Below are positions 1 to 12,684 of a stretch of DNA of 64,000 nt, in pieces. The DNA comes from Amoebophrya sp. A120 (taxonomy: Eukaryota; Protista; Dinoflagellata): assembly GCA_905178155.1 (NCBI GenBank), contig CAJINV010000005.1:501319-565318 (forward strand). Reading direction: 5' to 3'. The position numbers and the translations under genes were made by a program. Within the stretch, counting starts at the first letter, position 1; each line of letters begins with the position of its first letter. Below the pieces are notes generated by a model, which worked only from the letters and a program-made list of their open reading frames with translations, made no database searches and was not told the DNA's origin.

Positions 1-420
1 ATTGCCGATCGCTCAGGACTCGTGTTAAGAGACGGGTCCGCGGAGGAGGGGGCGGTACCGGCTATTTCTATTTGTGTAGCTTCCCCGCCGGCTTCGGCTG
101 CAAGCAAGTGCGGGTCTCGTTCTGCAGTAGTTGCCGTCGTCACGTTATCGATCCCGGAGTTAATACTCGAGTCCTGGTTGTTTTCACCCTCCTTATTCTC
201 TTCATGTTGGTCTTCACTGACACAACACTGAGACTTCTCGGTCGTCGAGTTTTTGGGAGGCTGCTCAGCATCAGGGGACTGTTGAGCAACGACAGCGTCT
301 TGCTCTTCATCTTCCTGCGCAGCATCTGGAGCTGCATTCCCGAGGACTGCTCTGGGAGATGATGTCGCCCGTGCTTCTGGTGCGGCACCAGGTTGTTGAG
401 ACTGGTGGTCAGATTGAAGA
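1..420 (-). CDS. Partial exon of an acidic low-complexity protein, running off the left edge
   Basis: A minus-strand frame is open to the window edge (…NAAPDAAQEDEEQDAVVAQQSPDAEQPPKNSTTEK…PSLNTSPERSA). The 5' boundary is uncertain. Confidence 0.45.
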
Positions 421-479
421 TTTTGCGGGGTAATATTTTCGGTGTTTGTATTTTTAACCAAGTGGTCTGGATTTATTTG

Positions 480-1920
480 AGAGCCCATGGTGAAGATCCA
501 CCTGCTGGCAGCACACCGGAGAGGAACAATCAACGAAGTAGTGATCCGCTACGTGGATCTATTTGACCTCCTGCAGGTCGTGCTCGTCGTGCGGAGAAAT
601 TCTAACCCGCCCTTAGAGAGCAAGGAAGTCAATCGTCAGATAGTCCCGTAGTTATCGTACTTATCGCGGCAACAGCGGAAAATACAGAAGTAAACCGACC
701 AGGGGCGACAAGTGGGCGACGAAAGAGAAGTTCTCGGTGCTAACAACCACAGGCGCAAGATATCTTCGGGGGTTGATCGAGTCAGGGCTTCTTTCAACAC
801 TTCGAATAAAACAAGTATTTCATTGAGGACTACACTACCTTTTGAAGATGTAGATGACGTGATTTTGTCTGTTGCCTCCTTATCTATCTGCTAAGCTACT
901 TAACTTAAGTTCCTTCTCTATTTGATCTAGTGGAATATTTTCATGCGAGCAGTGATGGATCAAGAGAGTCCTCATGATCAACGTAAAGCATCGAGTATCA
1001 TCGTTGTGAGCAGTTGCAAGGGTTGTAGTGCTATTTTTTCAGTGCCGCGTGCTCGACGGGTACAGCTCGCTTCACAGCTCTACATGAAAGAAGCAAAAAT
1101 CGGTAGGTCTTACCGCGTGTAGTTCAGGGGATACAAATTTCGCTTTGCTAGAACTAGATGTAGGAAAAAGGTCGTGCAGCGATACAAAACAACTTCTCGA
1201 GGAGCAGCGGTAAAACCATTCGTTGCACAGGCTGTCATCAATGTGGAACGGCATGAAGAATCGGTATTTAGTGAAGCGCTCTGCTATGTCGTCCTATACT
1301 ATTCCATCGTATGTTTAAAAATGTGTGGTCTTCTATGGAAACAGAAACCATTTCTTTCCTTACAACTTCATGCTGAATGTCCATCAGAATCCGAATTGTT
1401 GTGTCTACAGCTGCTCAGTCTGATATCACAGATACACTTCCATCTTGTCCTCTTTCCCATGTACAACATGTACAGTAAATTCAACCAGCTTTGATACTTG
1501 TATCTTCATCTTCATCATCCTCGTTCAACGTCACTTGCCGGCTGCTTCTTGGAACTTATTCTTATTGCACTACCACTATAGCGGATACACATACAGTGAA
1601 ACACCAACACGTAAGTAGAATGATCAACGAAAGCACATGCTGGTATCATAGCGGATTACTAGTTTGCTCGACTTCCAGTTTTTTCTTGCCTATATCACAA
1701 TCTTCCAACAGGATCATGAAGTTACGTTTTTTTTTCCGGTCGTGCACATGGATGCTGTCTTCAAATTGACGCACGAAATGCTTGTGCTTGTTGAGATTGA
1801 GGCTTGCAGTCGAACCCACACAGGAGACAGTCTTGCCTCCTTTGCAAAGACAACACGGAGCACTCAATGGCTGATTGTGGTTGCGCTACGCAACCTCAGA
1901 TGATTCCACCAACATAATCG
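480..1920 (-). pseudogene. Degenerate hAT-like DNA transposase relic (BED finger plus DDE core remnants)
   Basis: Minus-strand fragments occur in hAT order. BED-like: WWNHL…APCCLCKGGKTVSCVGSTASLNLNKH (~1920-1780). MPFHIDDSLCNEWF (~1254). First-Asp region: LTTMILDALR*S*GLS*SITAR (~1010-945). Second-Asp region: APVVVSTEN (~760-730). CxxH-like: LRCAA/QVDL (~525-490). Stops and frameshifts throughout. Recognised by eye only. Confidence 0.5.
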
Positions 1921-2437
1921 AATTGCGTTCTGTATTGTCAAGGTCAGGCACAACATGTCTCTACTAGCAAAGCGAGGTGACCTACGTCCCGCTTGTGAAA
2001 GACCCCAGGCGACTTGTTCTCAACAACGACCTAAATTCCCAATTTGCATAACTAGAATATCATCCAAGAACCAATTGTATACCGTTGTACCGCATGAATC
2101 ATCTGAAAGTGAAAAAGGGCCTGGGAGATTTTTACAAAAGTTTGCAGCCAAAAAAGTTTTCAGAAAAGAAGTCAGATGTGAACTACAAAAATAGTGAATT
2201 TGTTTTCTATCATGGTACATTTTTCAGACAGATAGGCAGTCAGCGTCTTCTCCGTCGGAGCAAGCCACGCCTGTAGCTGGCTCCCCTTCCAAGCCCGGTT
2301 CGCCGAGCGTCTTCTTCAAACAATCACACGCGTTTTTGCATAGACTGCCGAGGCAGAATCCGGTTGCGGAAACAGGAGAGGACTCTGTTGGATGGGAACC
2401 TGGTTGTGTTGATTCTGTCTCGTGGTCTCTGTCGCGA

Positions 2438-5051
2438 TCATCCAAACATGCGGTAGCGGTCGTACTCAGGCTTCCCTAAATGAACAGAAGATCCATCCGT
2501 TGTTCACAGACGAGAATGAGAATTAATATGTGCATCGATTCACCTCTTTTGTATAATAATATGTAAATCAAAAAATATTTATACGATAAGTACCTCCTCC
2601 CTCCAAATCCACACTAACCCCGACCGGCATCGCACTGGGATACGGCCACGACCGGTCCGGCTGGCCCAACCTTGGCATCCGGTGGTACCGATTCCGGATG
2701 CCCCGCCACAGCCGTTCGATCTGCGTCACTGGCACGCTGCCGTGGTTGCTCGTCCAGCTCCAGCTATCCGGCTCGGATCCGGTGCGAAACAAGTGCTTCC
2801 CGCGAATGATATTGTCGGAGGGGTTCAAGTGGTTGATTCCACTGTGGATGTGGTGGCCAACATTTGTCGGAGTAGAAATTGCAGCAGTAGGAGTGCCACC
2901 TTCGGAGTTGTAAAAAGAAGTTGGGAAAGGCGCACAAAAATTCATGTCATGACTTTGCGAGTTGTGCTGGTAAGACTTATGGCTGCTTCCGCAACCTCGA
3001 GGTGTCGTCCGTGAAGCTTGTCCAGTTGTAAACGCCGCAGCGAAGGAAAAACCGGAACTGCTCGAACTGCTAGGCGACCCGGTAGAACCGATGGAGTTTT
3101 GCCTACTGTAGCGGTCAGCGTGATGCCCCAGCCCAGCCTCCGAAGCTGACGGAAATTCGGGGGGAACGTAGGTGCCGCGGTTGCGCTCGTAAGCATCCAG
3201 CGGTGCGTCGAGGGGGTGATCCTGATCTTGGGTCGCTTTTTTACTGTTCGCGTCGCGCATGGTGCCTTGGTCGCCTTGCTCAGTTCTGTCAAAAGTCGTT
3301 GTTGATCTGTGGTCTTCAACGTCACGACCGCCGAAGAACTTCTCACCCACCAAATCAATTTTTCCCCCTTTCGCTGCTGCCGCGACCCTCGAGGGAGACG
3401 TCGGTGGGGATCCGGGTAGCCGGAGCTGTGCGCTGTTCTTATTGCTCGTCAGCGCGGTTGCGATGGTTGGCAAGGCACGGGAAAACTTGTCCTGCGGACC
3501 CGTTTGCTTGCTGTGTTGAAGACCTGCGCGGCTTCTAGAAGCACTACGTGCTGGGAATAGCCTGATTTCTTCGCGCGGTTCTGGTCTCCAATACTCAACC
3601 CCGGGAAAGTACAGCGCAGTTCTGTCGTCTTGGGCATCTTGTTCATGATGGGTTGTCAACATCGAATCTCGATCTTCGAGATGATTATGAGTACTCATGT
3701 GCTCGCGCCGTTCTACTTCATCATTTTTGTGATCTTGTAAACTGTCTAGCTCCATGTCCATGTCCATCCTCTTTTTGCCTATCATCCGAGGGGTAGTAGT
3801 TGTGCCGAGACTGGTAAACGGCAGCGCGTTTCCCAAGGGCGCTTTGGAACTGATGTACGCCTGCAACTCGCCTTTGGCCGCCGCGGCCTGGGGATCATCT
3901 TGCACCTCGCCGGCTGCAGCTACCGCAGCGTCTGCTCCTTTGCCTGTTCCTGGTACTGGTAGCTGCAACGTGCTCCTAGCGACACTGGCCAGAGATGATG
4001 AGATGGATGCCGAGGCTTGTTGTGGTGCGACGCTGCCGCGGCTGCTGCACGAAAGAACAAGTTCTTTGCGACGATGACCCGCGTCTTTGCCCACGACTGT
4101 GTCGTGTACCTCGTCCACGTCGACACTCGAGCAGTTCGAGCTGGAGGAGGTCGGGCAATCGTACAGCCGCCTCCTGGTCCCACGCACACGACAACTCTGG
4201 AATTTATTTTCGAGTTCTTCATTCGGGTTCTTGCTATCAGCGGACGCCCCACAGCAACCCGCTCCTGACGTGGAAGTTGTAGATGTTCTTCGTTGTAGGA
4301 GTGCATCGCCAAGCAAATTCAACTCCGAGTCTTGACTGTCACAACTTCCCGAAGAACTTCTTCCCATAGCCGGCGCACCTGCAAGCTCGCTCCGGCAGCT
4401 CGTCCCTTCTGGCTCCGGGGAGGAGCAGAGAAAGTTCCCTTGCTCCGGTGCAACATCCAGCCAATCCGACGCACAACTTCGCGGCGAAGACGCCGCAGGG
4501 GTCCGCGGGCTGTGCAGCATCACAAACTCGTCGACTTCGACGTTAATTGCATCAGACTTTGGGTCGTCTACTTGGCCACCTGCATAAACATTCCCTAGTA
4601 CTCCGCTAGAAGTAGTACCAGATGACGCGGCCCTCAAAACCGGGCTTTGCGGCTTCGGAGGTGCCGCGAGGTGCAGCTGCGTTCTGGGCTGCTGGTCGGG
4701 GAGAGGTGCGGCAGGTTTTTGTTGAAGCTGGTGGTTTGTAGCTGGGCCTGTATTCATGCCTGCATTCGCAGCTGCTCCCTGGAAGGGCCCAAAGTTATCC
4801 GCAGCAGGAACTCCACTTTTACTTGTCGCTCTTGGTTCGCTTGTTGCAGTAGCCGCACCTTCTGCTCCTGCTTGAAATGCCTGAAAAGGAGCGAAGCTTG
4901 CACAGGAGACGAGTCCAACATGTGAGGCCGCAAGGTGGTGGAGGAAAAGAGCCAGGAAAATGTGACTTGTTGTCAAGGGTAGTAGAGCAGGATGGAAAGC
5001 ACGCGGCCCAATATGCCGGGAAACGAGAGATGGCAATGCTGGGATGCTCAT
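2438..5051 (-). CDS. Low-complexity Ser/Ala/Pro-rich protein (~830 aa) with an N-terminal hydrophobic segment
   Basis: 827-aa ORF 2568..5051; hydrophobic HIFLALFLHHLAA near the N-terminus. A probable GT-AG intron at 2476..2593 adds a short last exon. Confidence 0.6.
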
Positions 5052-5785
5052 GCTTGTTCTGCTCGGTGTTTATTTGCTATATTGGTTTTGGTATCTACAC
5101 AAGGGCAATAGGGAATGCGTCGGCCTTCGTCACATGTACATCACCTAGGCAGGGGTTGGCATGATTATAGTCCTGTATATTGAACCAGTAGTTTTCTACA
5201 CAACAAAGAGGTTAATTGATTATTAGATCCAGAAACAGGCACCAGGACCAGGAGTTCTTGGCGTTGGGGGAACGGAAATTGCAGTTGCAGCAGCAGCCAC
5301 AGCAAATGGTAAAAACATTCTTTCATGATTGATGGAAAAAAAGTAAGGCTAGTTGTAGCACATGACCCGTCCTCGGCCACATCTAGCTGATCATCGATCT
5401 TCGCCGCAAAAACGCAGACACACAGAAACACGATTAGGATTGGGAACAGGTACAGGAACATTCAGCAATGCCAATGTAAACGTCAAGGTCGGTTCCTCAT
5501 TTCAGTTTCCTTTCTAACTCTTAAGATGACTTTAGTCTTTTGGCGATGAAACCTGATAAGGTCCTCGGGACTGCACTGCAAGCGCAGAGGATCTTATTTT
5601 CACTGCGTCTTCATCGGCGCAGTTGAAAAACTTTTCCCATATGGTTCTACTGGTGAGCAGGTTGTATTTTTCGAGATACTAGATGTAAAGAAAAGCTATA
5701 GCAGCTTCACTACGACTAGACACGTAAAACTTTCAAATCCCCGTCCAGTCCGAGGGTACTTAGTTGTTTAGCACTGATCTGCTCG

Positions 5786-8700
5786 TCACGCCTCCCCCCT
5801 CTGTTTCTTCCCGACCGGTGCTTTCCACCACTCCACTTTTCCTAAACTTTCCAGCGGCTTCTTCCCAAGCACCGCATCCGCCATTTTCTCCGCCACCATA
5901 ATGGTCGGCGCGTTCAGATTTCCGCTTGTCATGGAAGGAAAAATACTCGCGTCGATAACCCGCAAGTTCGACACGCCAAAAACGTTCGCCGTTTCTGCGT
6001 CCACAACTTTCCCCATCTGGTTTGTGCAGGATAAGTGATACCCGCTGTGGGTCTGAGACCGTAAAAACGCATCGATTTCCTCGTCCTTCCAGTTGTTCGG
6101 GTCAAAATTGAAGGCGTCCAGCTTCAGCTCCTCGGCAAAATGCTCCATGATCTCCGCACCCAGGCGAAACGCGTTCCGCTGGTCCTGTCGGTCCTTCTCC
6201 GTGTCGAGAAAATTTGGGTCGATCAAGCAAGGCTCGGACGGTTTCTTGCTTTGAATCAAACAGGACCCCTTGCTGGTCGGCCGCATCGTGCCGACGTGCG
6301 CCTGGTAGCCGTGCTCGGAGTATCAAATGCAAATATGTCTGGGTCTGGAAGGATCCAAACTTGGCATGCAGAATTTCCATGCCCCGTGAGGTCTGGAATC
6401 CAGGGCCTAGCATAACAGATTCTGCGAGGTCTCTATCGTGCATGTCCCGCATGAGAAACTTGACTTCCTCTCATGTTGGTGGTCAGAAAAGGGCAACTTT
6501 TGGCGATCACGCAAGACAGATTTTTGTGTGATCCACAGGACGCATCACAAGTTGCATCCTCGAGACCCAGACATTTTTGCAGTTGATACGGGGAGGAAGT
6601 CCGATTGCCCAACAACGATGCCCGGGATGAAGTGAAACTGAGTGTTATCCTAATGAAAAACGTCCCCACCCCAGAGTAAAGTAGGGGATTTTGCAACACA
6701 AGCCTTGAAGTTTTGGGAGCCACGCATGACAAATTGCAGGCTGTAGTGTAGTGCAGTTTAGCAAGTGCAGCCGCATCACAGATTCATCTGCCCATCCTGT
6801 TCACAGCATCACAAATTCCAGAACACAATTGGAAATGGCTCTCATGGGGATGCGCATTACAAGTCTTCCTGTCTTTGCAAATCTGCATGACAACTCTGGG
6901 GTGGGGATGCTTTTACACGAGATAAATGTCCGGGTGGGGCACGTCCTTGGTGGAACGGATGAAGCCACCCACTTCGAAGTGATTGCTGGCGCAGACCTGG
7001 AAGAAAGTTTAAGTTGGAGGTTCGCTGCTGTTCTAGTGTGGAAATTGTGTCTGAGTGACATGAAGATCTTTGGTCCTGTTCACGTATGATGGCTTTTTTT
7101 TTCAAAATTTCACGCTGTTTGCTCCAGCTTACAACGTAGTACTTCGACGAGAACTCTGTCTAAGAAATAGAATTATCGCCAGGACGACGAGGTCTACTTT
7201 CTCTAGATACCCCTGATCCCTGCAGGAGCCACTGCAGCCCCGCCACCGCCGCTTTTGTCGGCTGCCGAAACGCGTACTTCGAAAAGGAAAACGTCGACGC
7301 GTAGGGGTACAGAGACACCGGCTTTCGGCACTTGTACTGCAGGTAGAATTCCAAGTGGTCCTGCATATTTTTCCCAACATCGGGCAAGTGCGCTACACAG
7401 TCGATGTCCAACTTTTTCAAGTGATCCCCGTCCCCAATGCCGGAGAGCTGCAATAGTTTCGAGGACCCCACCGCGCCCGCACAGAGAATCACCTCGCCGT
7501 CGGTGGTGAAGCGCTGGATATCGCCGTTGGCGGATATCGTTTCTACGCCGCGAACCACGGGCTCCTTAGAAGTTCCGGGATTATTGTTGTGAAAAAGCAG
7601 CCGGGAGACCTCGGCGGTCACCTGGATATCCACGTTTTTGAGGATTTGCTCGTCCGTGTACCCTTTCCGCAAATAAGCGTTTGCCGTGGTCATCCTTTCC
7701 CCGGTTTCGAAATTCACGCTCATGTCCATGGGACCGAAACCCTCCTGGCGGAACCTGATCATGAATTATGGTTATTTGTGGGTCAACATTTATTGCAACA
7801 TCACGTAAAGGTCGTACTACTGCACAACGAACTTTCATATGTAGTTCTACCAGAATGAAAAAGCACACTTCATCATCGTTATCTGGAAGCTCCTGCTCCA
7901 TTACCCGTAGTACGCGTGTACGCAACTTGTGCTAAAGAATTTTGATGTAAGATCAACTTCTACAAAAGATTTTTCCCCAAAAATCATACCCGTTCTGATC
8001 TTCCGTTCTGCCGTACCCGGCGGCTTCCGCTCCTGCGGATACGAATGCCTCGTTCAATTCTTTCGTTTCCGGCGACTGCTTTTGACAAACTAAATACACC
8101 CCGTCCTTCCCGCGAAAGTCCGTCTTTTCGCCGCTGTGCCGCTGCAGTCTTTTGTAGTACGGCAGGACGTTTTGGTACTTCCAGAAGTCCGTTTTTAGCT
8201 CTCTCGCCCACCGCTCGTAGTCTTCCGGGTGGCCGCGGACGTAGGCCATCGCGTTGATCGCAGAACTCCCGCCCAGCGTTTTGCCCCGCGGCTGGTGCAG
8301 TTCGCGGTTGTTCAACCGCTTTTGCGGCACGGTGTGGAAGTCCCAGTTGTATTTCTTTTCGCTGATGTTGAACGCGAGCGCCGACGGCATGTGCACCTTC
8401 CAGCTGTCCCACGAACCCCGGTCGGATCTGCCCGCTTCGAGTAGTAAAACCTTCTTCCCCGCTTCGGCCAGCCGGTGCGCAACCACGCAACCCGCACTGC
8501 CGCCACCCACAATAATGTATTCGGGCTTAGAAGTAGATGTTGTCGACGTGTGCGGTTTAGTTGTTGTGCTGGAGGAGGACGAAGAGGAGGAGGAGCTACT
8601 GCTGCTGTATCCTCTTGCGCTTGCCGGTGAGACAGCACCGGTAGATGCGGCTCCAGTTGCAAAGCACGCTGGAGAACTTCCGCGAAGACCACGACAGGCG

Positions 8701-8804
8701 ACATCTTTTGCGCAAGAAGATGAACGTGCCGGGGGGATGAGGAATCGGGTTGGGGCTAAATACAACATCGCGTTGGTTGCGTGCGTGGTCATACGAACAA
8801 ACAA
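5786..8804 (-). CDS. CHDH: Choline dehydrogenase (GMC oxidoreductase, BetA/CHDH-like), probably mitochondrial; 5 exons
   Basis: Motifs YIIVGGGSAGCVVA, LLLEAG, PRGKTLGGSSAINAMAYVRG, VGKNMQDHLE and LRVIDASIFPSMTSGNLNAPTIMVAEK. GT-AG introns at 7755..7989 and 6997..7210. Removing two introners (each plus one TSD) gives ASNHFEVGGFIRS…HPDIQFHFIP…LPEHGYQAHVGTMRPTSKG. The N-terminus is Arg/Ser-rich. Confidence 0.92.
6321..6588. mobile_element. IR-introner family C (268 bp)
   Basis: Ends TATCAAATGCAAATATGTCTGGGTCT / AGACCCAGACATTTTTGCAGTTGATA; TSD cggag/cgggg; removal restores the CHDH frame. Confidence 0.92.
6646..6924. mobile_element. IR-introner, family E-like (279 bp)
   Basis: Ends TATCCTAATGAAAAACGTCCCCACCCCAGAG / CTCTGGGGTGGGGATGCTTTTACACGAGATA; TSD agtgt/aatgt; removal joins HPDI|QFHF. 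Confidence 0.9.
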
Positions 8805-9795
8805 GTGTCTGACTTGCTCTTTAGGAATAGAAGTAGGCTTGTTCTACATCGACATGTGATTAGCAATAGCAACAGGTAGATATAGGTTTTCGCGGTGTAC
8901 AACCGACACTAATTCATGGGCAATGCAACCGGGCGGCTGTCATTGTCAACGTGAACTGAGGTCACGTAGGGACCTTACCTAAATTTCAGGGTGTGGGTCA
9001 TTAACAGGCTGGGACTGAAAATGGAGCAGCGAGCAATGGTGAGATCTCGTCAGAAAAGTTCTCTTAAGCGCAGGGTGGAGATCTTCTTTTAAAACCAATT
9101 TTTCCTTGACAACTAGTCTGCTGGATCCTGGACCGAAGCAACCGACGTAAATTCCAAAAACGGCCTGTTTGATACCGCAAACGAGCGTCAGGCGAAAAAA
9201 ATCAGCAGACATGAGTGCAGTTTTCTCGTCTGCGCTCGCGAGAAAGAAGCCTCGGGGTCGGTTTCGCTTTTTGACCCTACGACTAGTGTTCGCAGATGCG
9301 AGTCGGATTCCGTGTGGGCTTTTGCCATATGAAGCGCGCCGCAAGATTCTCTACTTTCTTCGCAACAACCGCCTGAACAAAGTATCTACATCGGTGGCAC
9401 CAAAGCACGACGGGGTCCTCGTTTTTCCTTTTTTTGTTTCGTTTATCCTTATAATCAGCTCACACGAGGAGAGAAACAAGTATACCAAAACTTCTTTGCT
9501 AATTCTAATCCTTTATTTGAATTTCAACCGTTACAAATTACCAGCGCTCTCAAAAAAAAGCCCGGCTCCTTTGTCTTGCTATTGCGCACTAGCAATGCTC
9601 GTTTGGTGAATCTTTGCTCACATGAAAGCTAACTTTGCGTTTTTCGATTTGATGGTAGTTCCTGTACAAGTCTTTCGGATAAAAGTGAAAACATAGGGCT
9701 ACTAGATCGGAATACTCGAAGATACTTTTACTCGTGTCGGTGTCGCCTTCGGATGAACATCATCAACATACTGGGTGGTAATGACAACGCCCTCA

Positions 9796-11160
9796 CTAGG
9801 CGGCCTTTGCTCCCTTCTGGCACACGTAGATGTAGTGAACCTGGATTTTTTTATGTTGTTGTTTCAGAAGTTTGTCTTCATTCTGACGGATTCGGATTTT
9901 GCATCACAAACGACACGACATTTCCGGCTGCAAACTTTCAAACGAAAACATCGCAGCTTTCTGGTAAAAATGGTATACGTTGTCCTTATCTTCTGAGCTG
10001 GTCAAGGTGGCGCCCTGCATGGCCATTCTTGGTTTTTCCACAGTGTGTACGGTAACATCCCAGCCGTATTCTGGCCGGTCGAGGTAGGTCAATCGGTAGT
10101 TAGGCTGACCGTGTGACACGGAAACGAAAACACCTTTTGATGTTTTGGAATGCTAGTACTACAAGAATCAGGGTGAATTTCCATCATGTACATGCACGTT
10201 GGTACTGGTGACTTCTAATGAACCATTAGGTTCCGCGAGAATGAAGTTGTGCCGCACTGGCAGATTTTTACCTGTTTTGGGATCCAGCACCCGTGCGATC
10301 TCCGTGAGTGCCTTTTGTATGTTCAAGGTCGAGGCCTCGCCGCACAGAATGCTGTCCATAGTGCCCTTGTCGAGAATAACGCCAGTCTTATCCATTTCAA
10401 TCTCTGACTCAGCAGGCTTTATTTTTTGATGCAAGCTATAGACTCGGCAGGCGTACGCGGAGGTGCGAGCCACAGCCAGAATCTTCAGATATTTTATTTT
10501 ATGCATGAATAGCATCCTTGCTGAGGTAGAGCTTCCGATGGATAAAATTGCCCGTCGCCGTAGTCCATTTGTTTTACGTTCATCTCGCTGTAGCTTAGAC
10601 CTGGGAAATTAGGTTTTGCTGAGATGCATGCTTTGCAGCGCGACGGATGAAAAAGGGTAAAAGCAAAACTCAAGTTGTAATTTGGATTTTTTATGGATGT
10701 TCTATCTTTCCTGGAGCTGGAAAAAAACTACGGCAGCTAAAACCTTCTACCTGTTTTGTCCTTGTATTTCTCTGCCATGGCTTTCATGGCAACTGCGGAG
10801 CTGTCGATGTTTGTTATGTTCGCAAAACCCTCGTCGAACCTGGGTATTTGTCAGTAATTTCGTCTTTTAGCACATCATCTTCGAGATCAAGCATGGACAT
10901 CGAGATCGATAAGTGTTATGCATGACAAATGTAAGTAGTGCTCAAATCTTCAAATTCGTAACAAGAAGTATGCTTTCATCATTATACATTTCCTCTGCCA
11001 TTCTGCTATTCCCCGCCCCAACAATCAGGATCGTTGACGTTGGTTTCAGAAGTGGTGCGATGATATCCCTGATCCCTGACCACCGCTGGTACCAATCAAA
11101 CGGCTCCGGGTCTCGCGTGTACCGCTCGTCCCAGTAGTCTTGCTTCCCATACTGCGCCAT
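9796..11160 (-). CDS. SAM-dependent methyltransferase, EEF1AKMT4/METTL13 N-terminal-domain-like; multi-exon
   Basis: MAQYGKQDYWDERY…PFDWYQ…ILIVGAGNSRMAEEM, then DKGTMDSILCG…EIARVL, SHGQPNYRLTYL and VHYIYVCQK; stop at 9796. Confidence 0.88.
10389..10544. mobile_element. Aged IR-introner (156 bp) in the methyltransferase gene
   Basis: Ends TATCCATTTCAATCTCTGACTCAGCAGG / CCTTGCTGAGGTAGAGCTTCCGATGGATA. TSD eroded (agtct/aaatt). Removing the element plus 5 nt gives GQF|GVILDKG. Confidence 0.7.
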
Positions 11161-12349
11161 TTTTCAAGTGTTTTTTGCCTTTCTTTGAAAGTAACCAGAT
11201 CCAAAATATTCGCTCAAAGAGAATGCTGTGAAAGGTCCTATCAAGAAGAGAAATAAATCTGCATTGGTTCGTCTTAATATTTTTGATGATACTAGAAGTC
11301 CTTGTTCTGATTTCTGTCTGCTCTTCACGTGGAAATGGAAATCTTCATGGATGTTTTTTGTCCTGCGTAATATTATGTTAAAGCTCAGTTAGTTGCTATT
11401 TCGTGCGCAATTTGTTTTGAATCGTCCATATTATGTAGCTCAAGAATAGATACTCAGCTTCCTCGCCTCTCGCCCTCGTAGCAGCTTTCGACGGCACTGA
11501 TTCTAACGGTCTTTCTTTATAGTGTTTTGGTCCTTTGTTCCTTACTTATTTGTGTGCCGCTTCTTCTCCATGCGCACCACTTCCAACAAGGTAGAAGTAG
11601 ATCACGGACATGCTACCTTTATCATGATGTACAATCGTAGAAGTCCTCGCACTAAGTTGCACACAGCCAGCTCGGCTTGCATATTGCATAGTTGATGTAA
11701 CTTCCATTTTTGCGCTAGTAACTATACATATTTATACATATTGCACTCCAAACATGAGAACAGGATGTTCAGAAATCGAATCGATTGACAACAAATCACT
11801 ACAGCCTAGCAAGGATGAAAATAACCAAATCAATGACCGATTGTGCTACCGATTCATCGAGCGCGAAACAAACAGAGCATGAGCCCTGAGAAGATTTAGG
11901 GCGAAATAAGGCCACGGAGATTTTCGAATGTTGTCGTGGCGGCCGGATCCTCTTGAAATCTAAAGTGGAGTAGTTCCAAGTACTCTTTCAGCTCTTTATG
12001 ATCATCTTCCACATCTTCTCCAGATTGCAGTTTCATGTAGCTTCTAAACAATGCTTGTGCAAGTAGCTCGCCATACAGAAGCCGATAGACAATCCGTCAT
12101 TACAAAAGGTGTTCGAACACTACACATCGCTGCGGCCGCGGCTGGGTGGACGGCGCACACGCCTGCCTGCAGCCGAGATGCTTACTTACTATCACGATCA
12201 CCTCTGTCACTGTCACATATGGCATGGACATGTGCACCAGGTTTGGGATTCTTTGTTGCATATCGATGTTTTTCATGCTTGTTCTCGCAGTCGTCGTCGC
12301 GAGGTCGTTTGCTACCCGACTCTTCAGCAACAGGAGATGTTGAGAACTG

Positions 12350-12619
12350 TATCCTGCGTAAAATCGTGGTAACCACAGCCGAGTTGACATGATTCTCATC
12401 GTGTTTCGAAGTCTAATGAGGAGGTTGGGAACTACAAAGCCGATTCGTTGTGACGTGGCTGCAATAGCTGACCACGAGGACCATCTATACCGAAAGTTGT
12501 CATGCAAGACTAGTACCAGGCCTCCTTCTGCTTGAACTTGACTTGTGTAAATAGCGAACTTTGTCCCAACGTCTTGACTTTATAGCGTCTTGGGGAGGTT
12601 GTAGTTTTTACACAGGATA
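12350..12619. mobile_element. IR-introner, family H-like (270 bp)
   Basis: Ends TATCCTGCGTAAAA / TTTTTACACAGGATA; TSD aactg/cactg. Confidence 0.75.
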
Positions 12620-12684
12620 CACTGTTGTAGAGGTTCTTTTTCAACATCTTCGTGTCGTGGCCAACCGCGTATTGATCAGGTAGA

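Noticed and set aside
8254-8859. Long plus-strand ORFs opposite genes (also 35331..36065 and 43898..44725)
   Set aside because: Antisense shadows of minus-strand exons.
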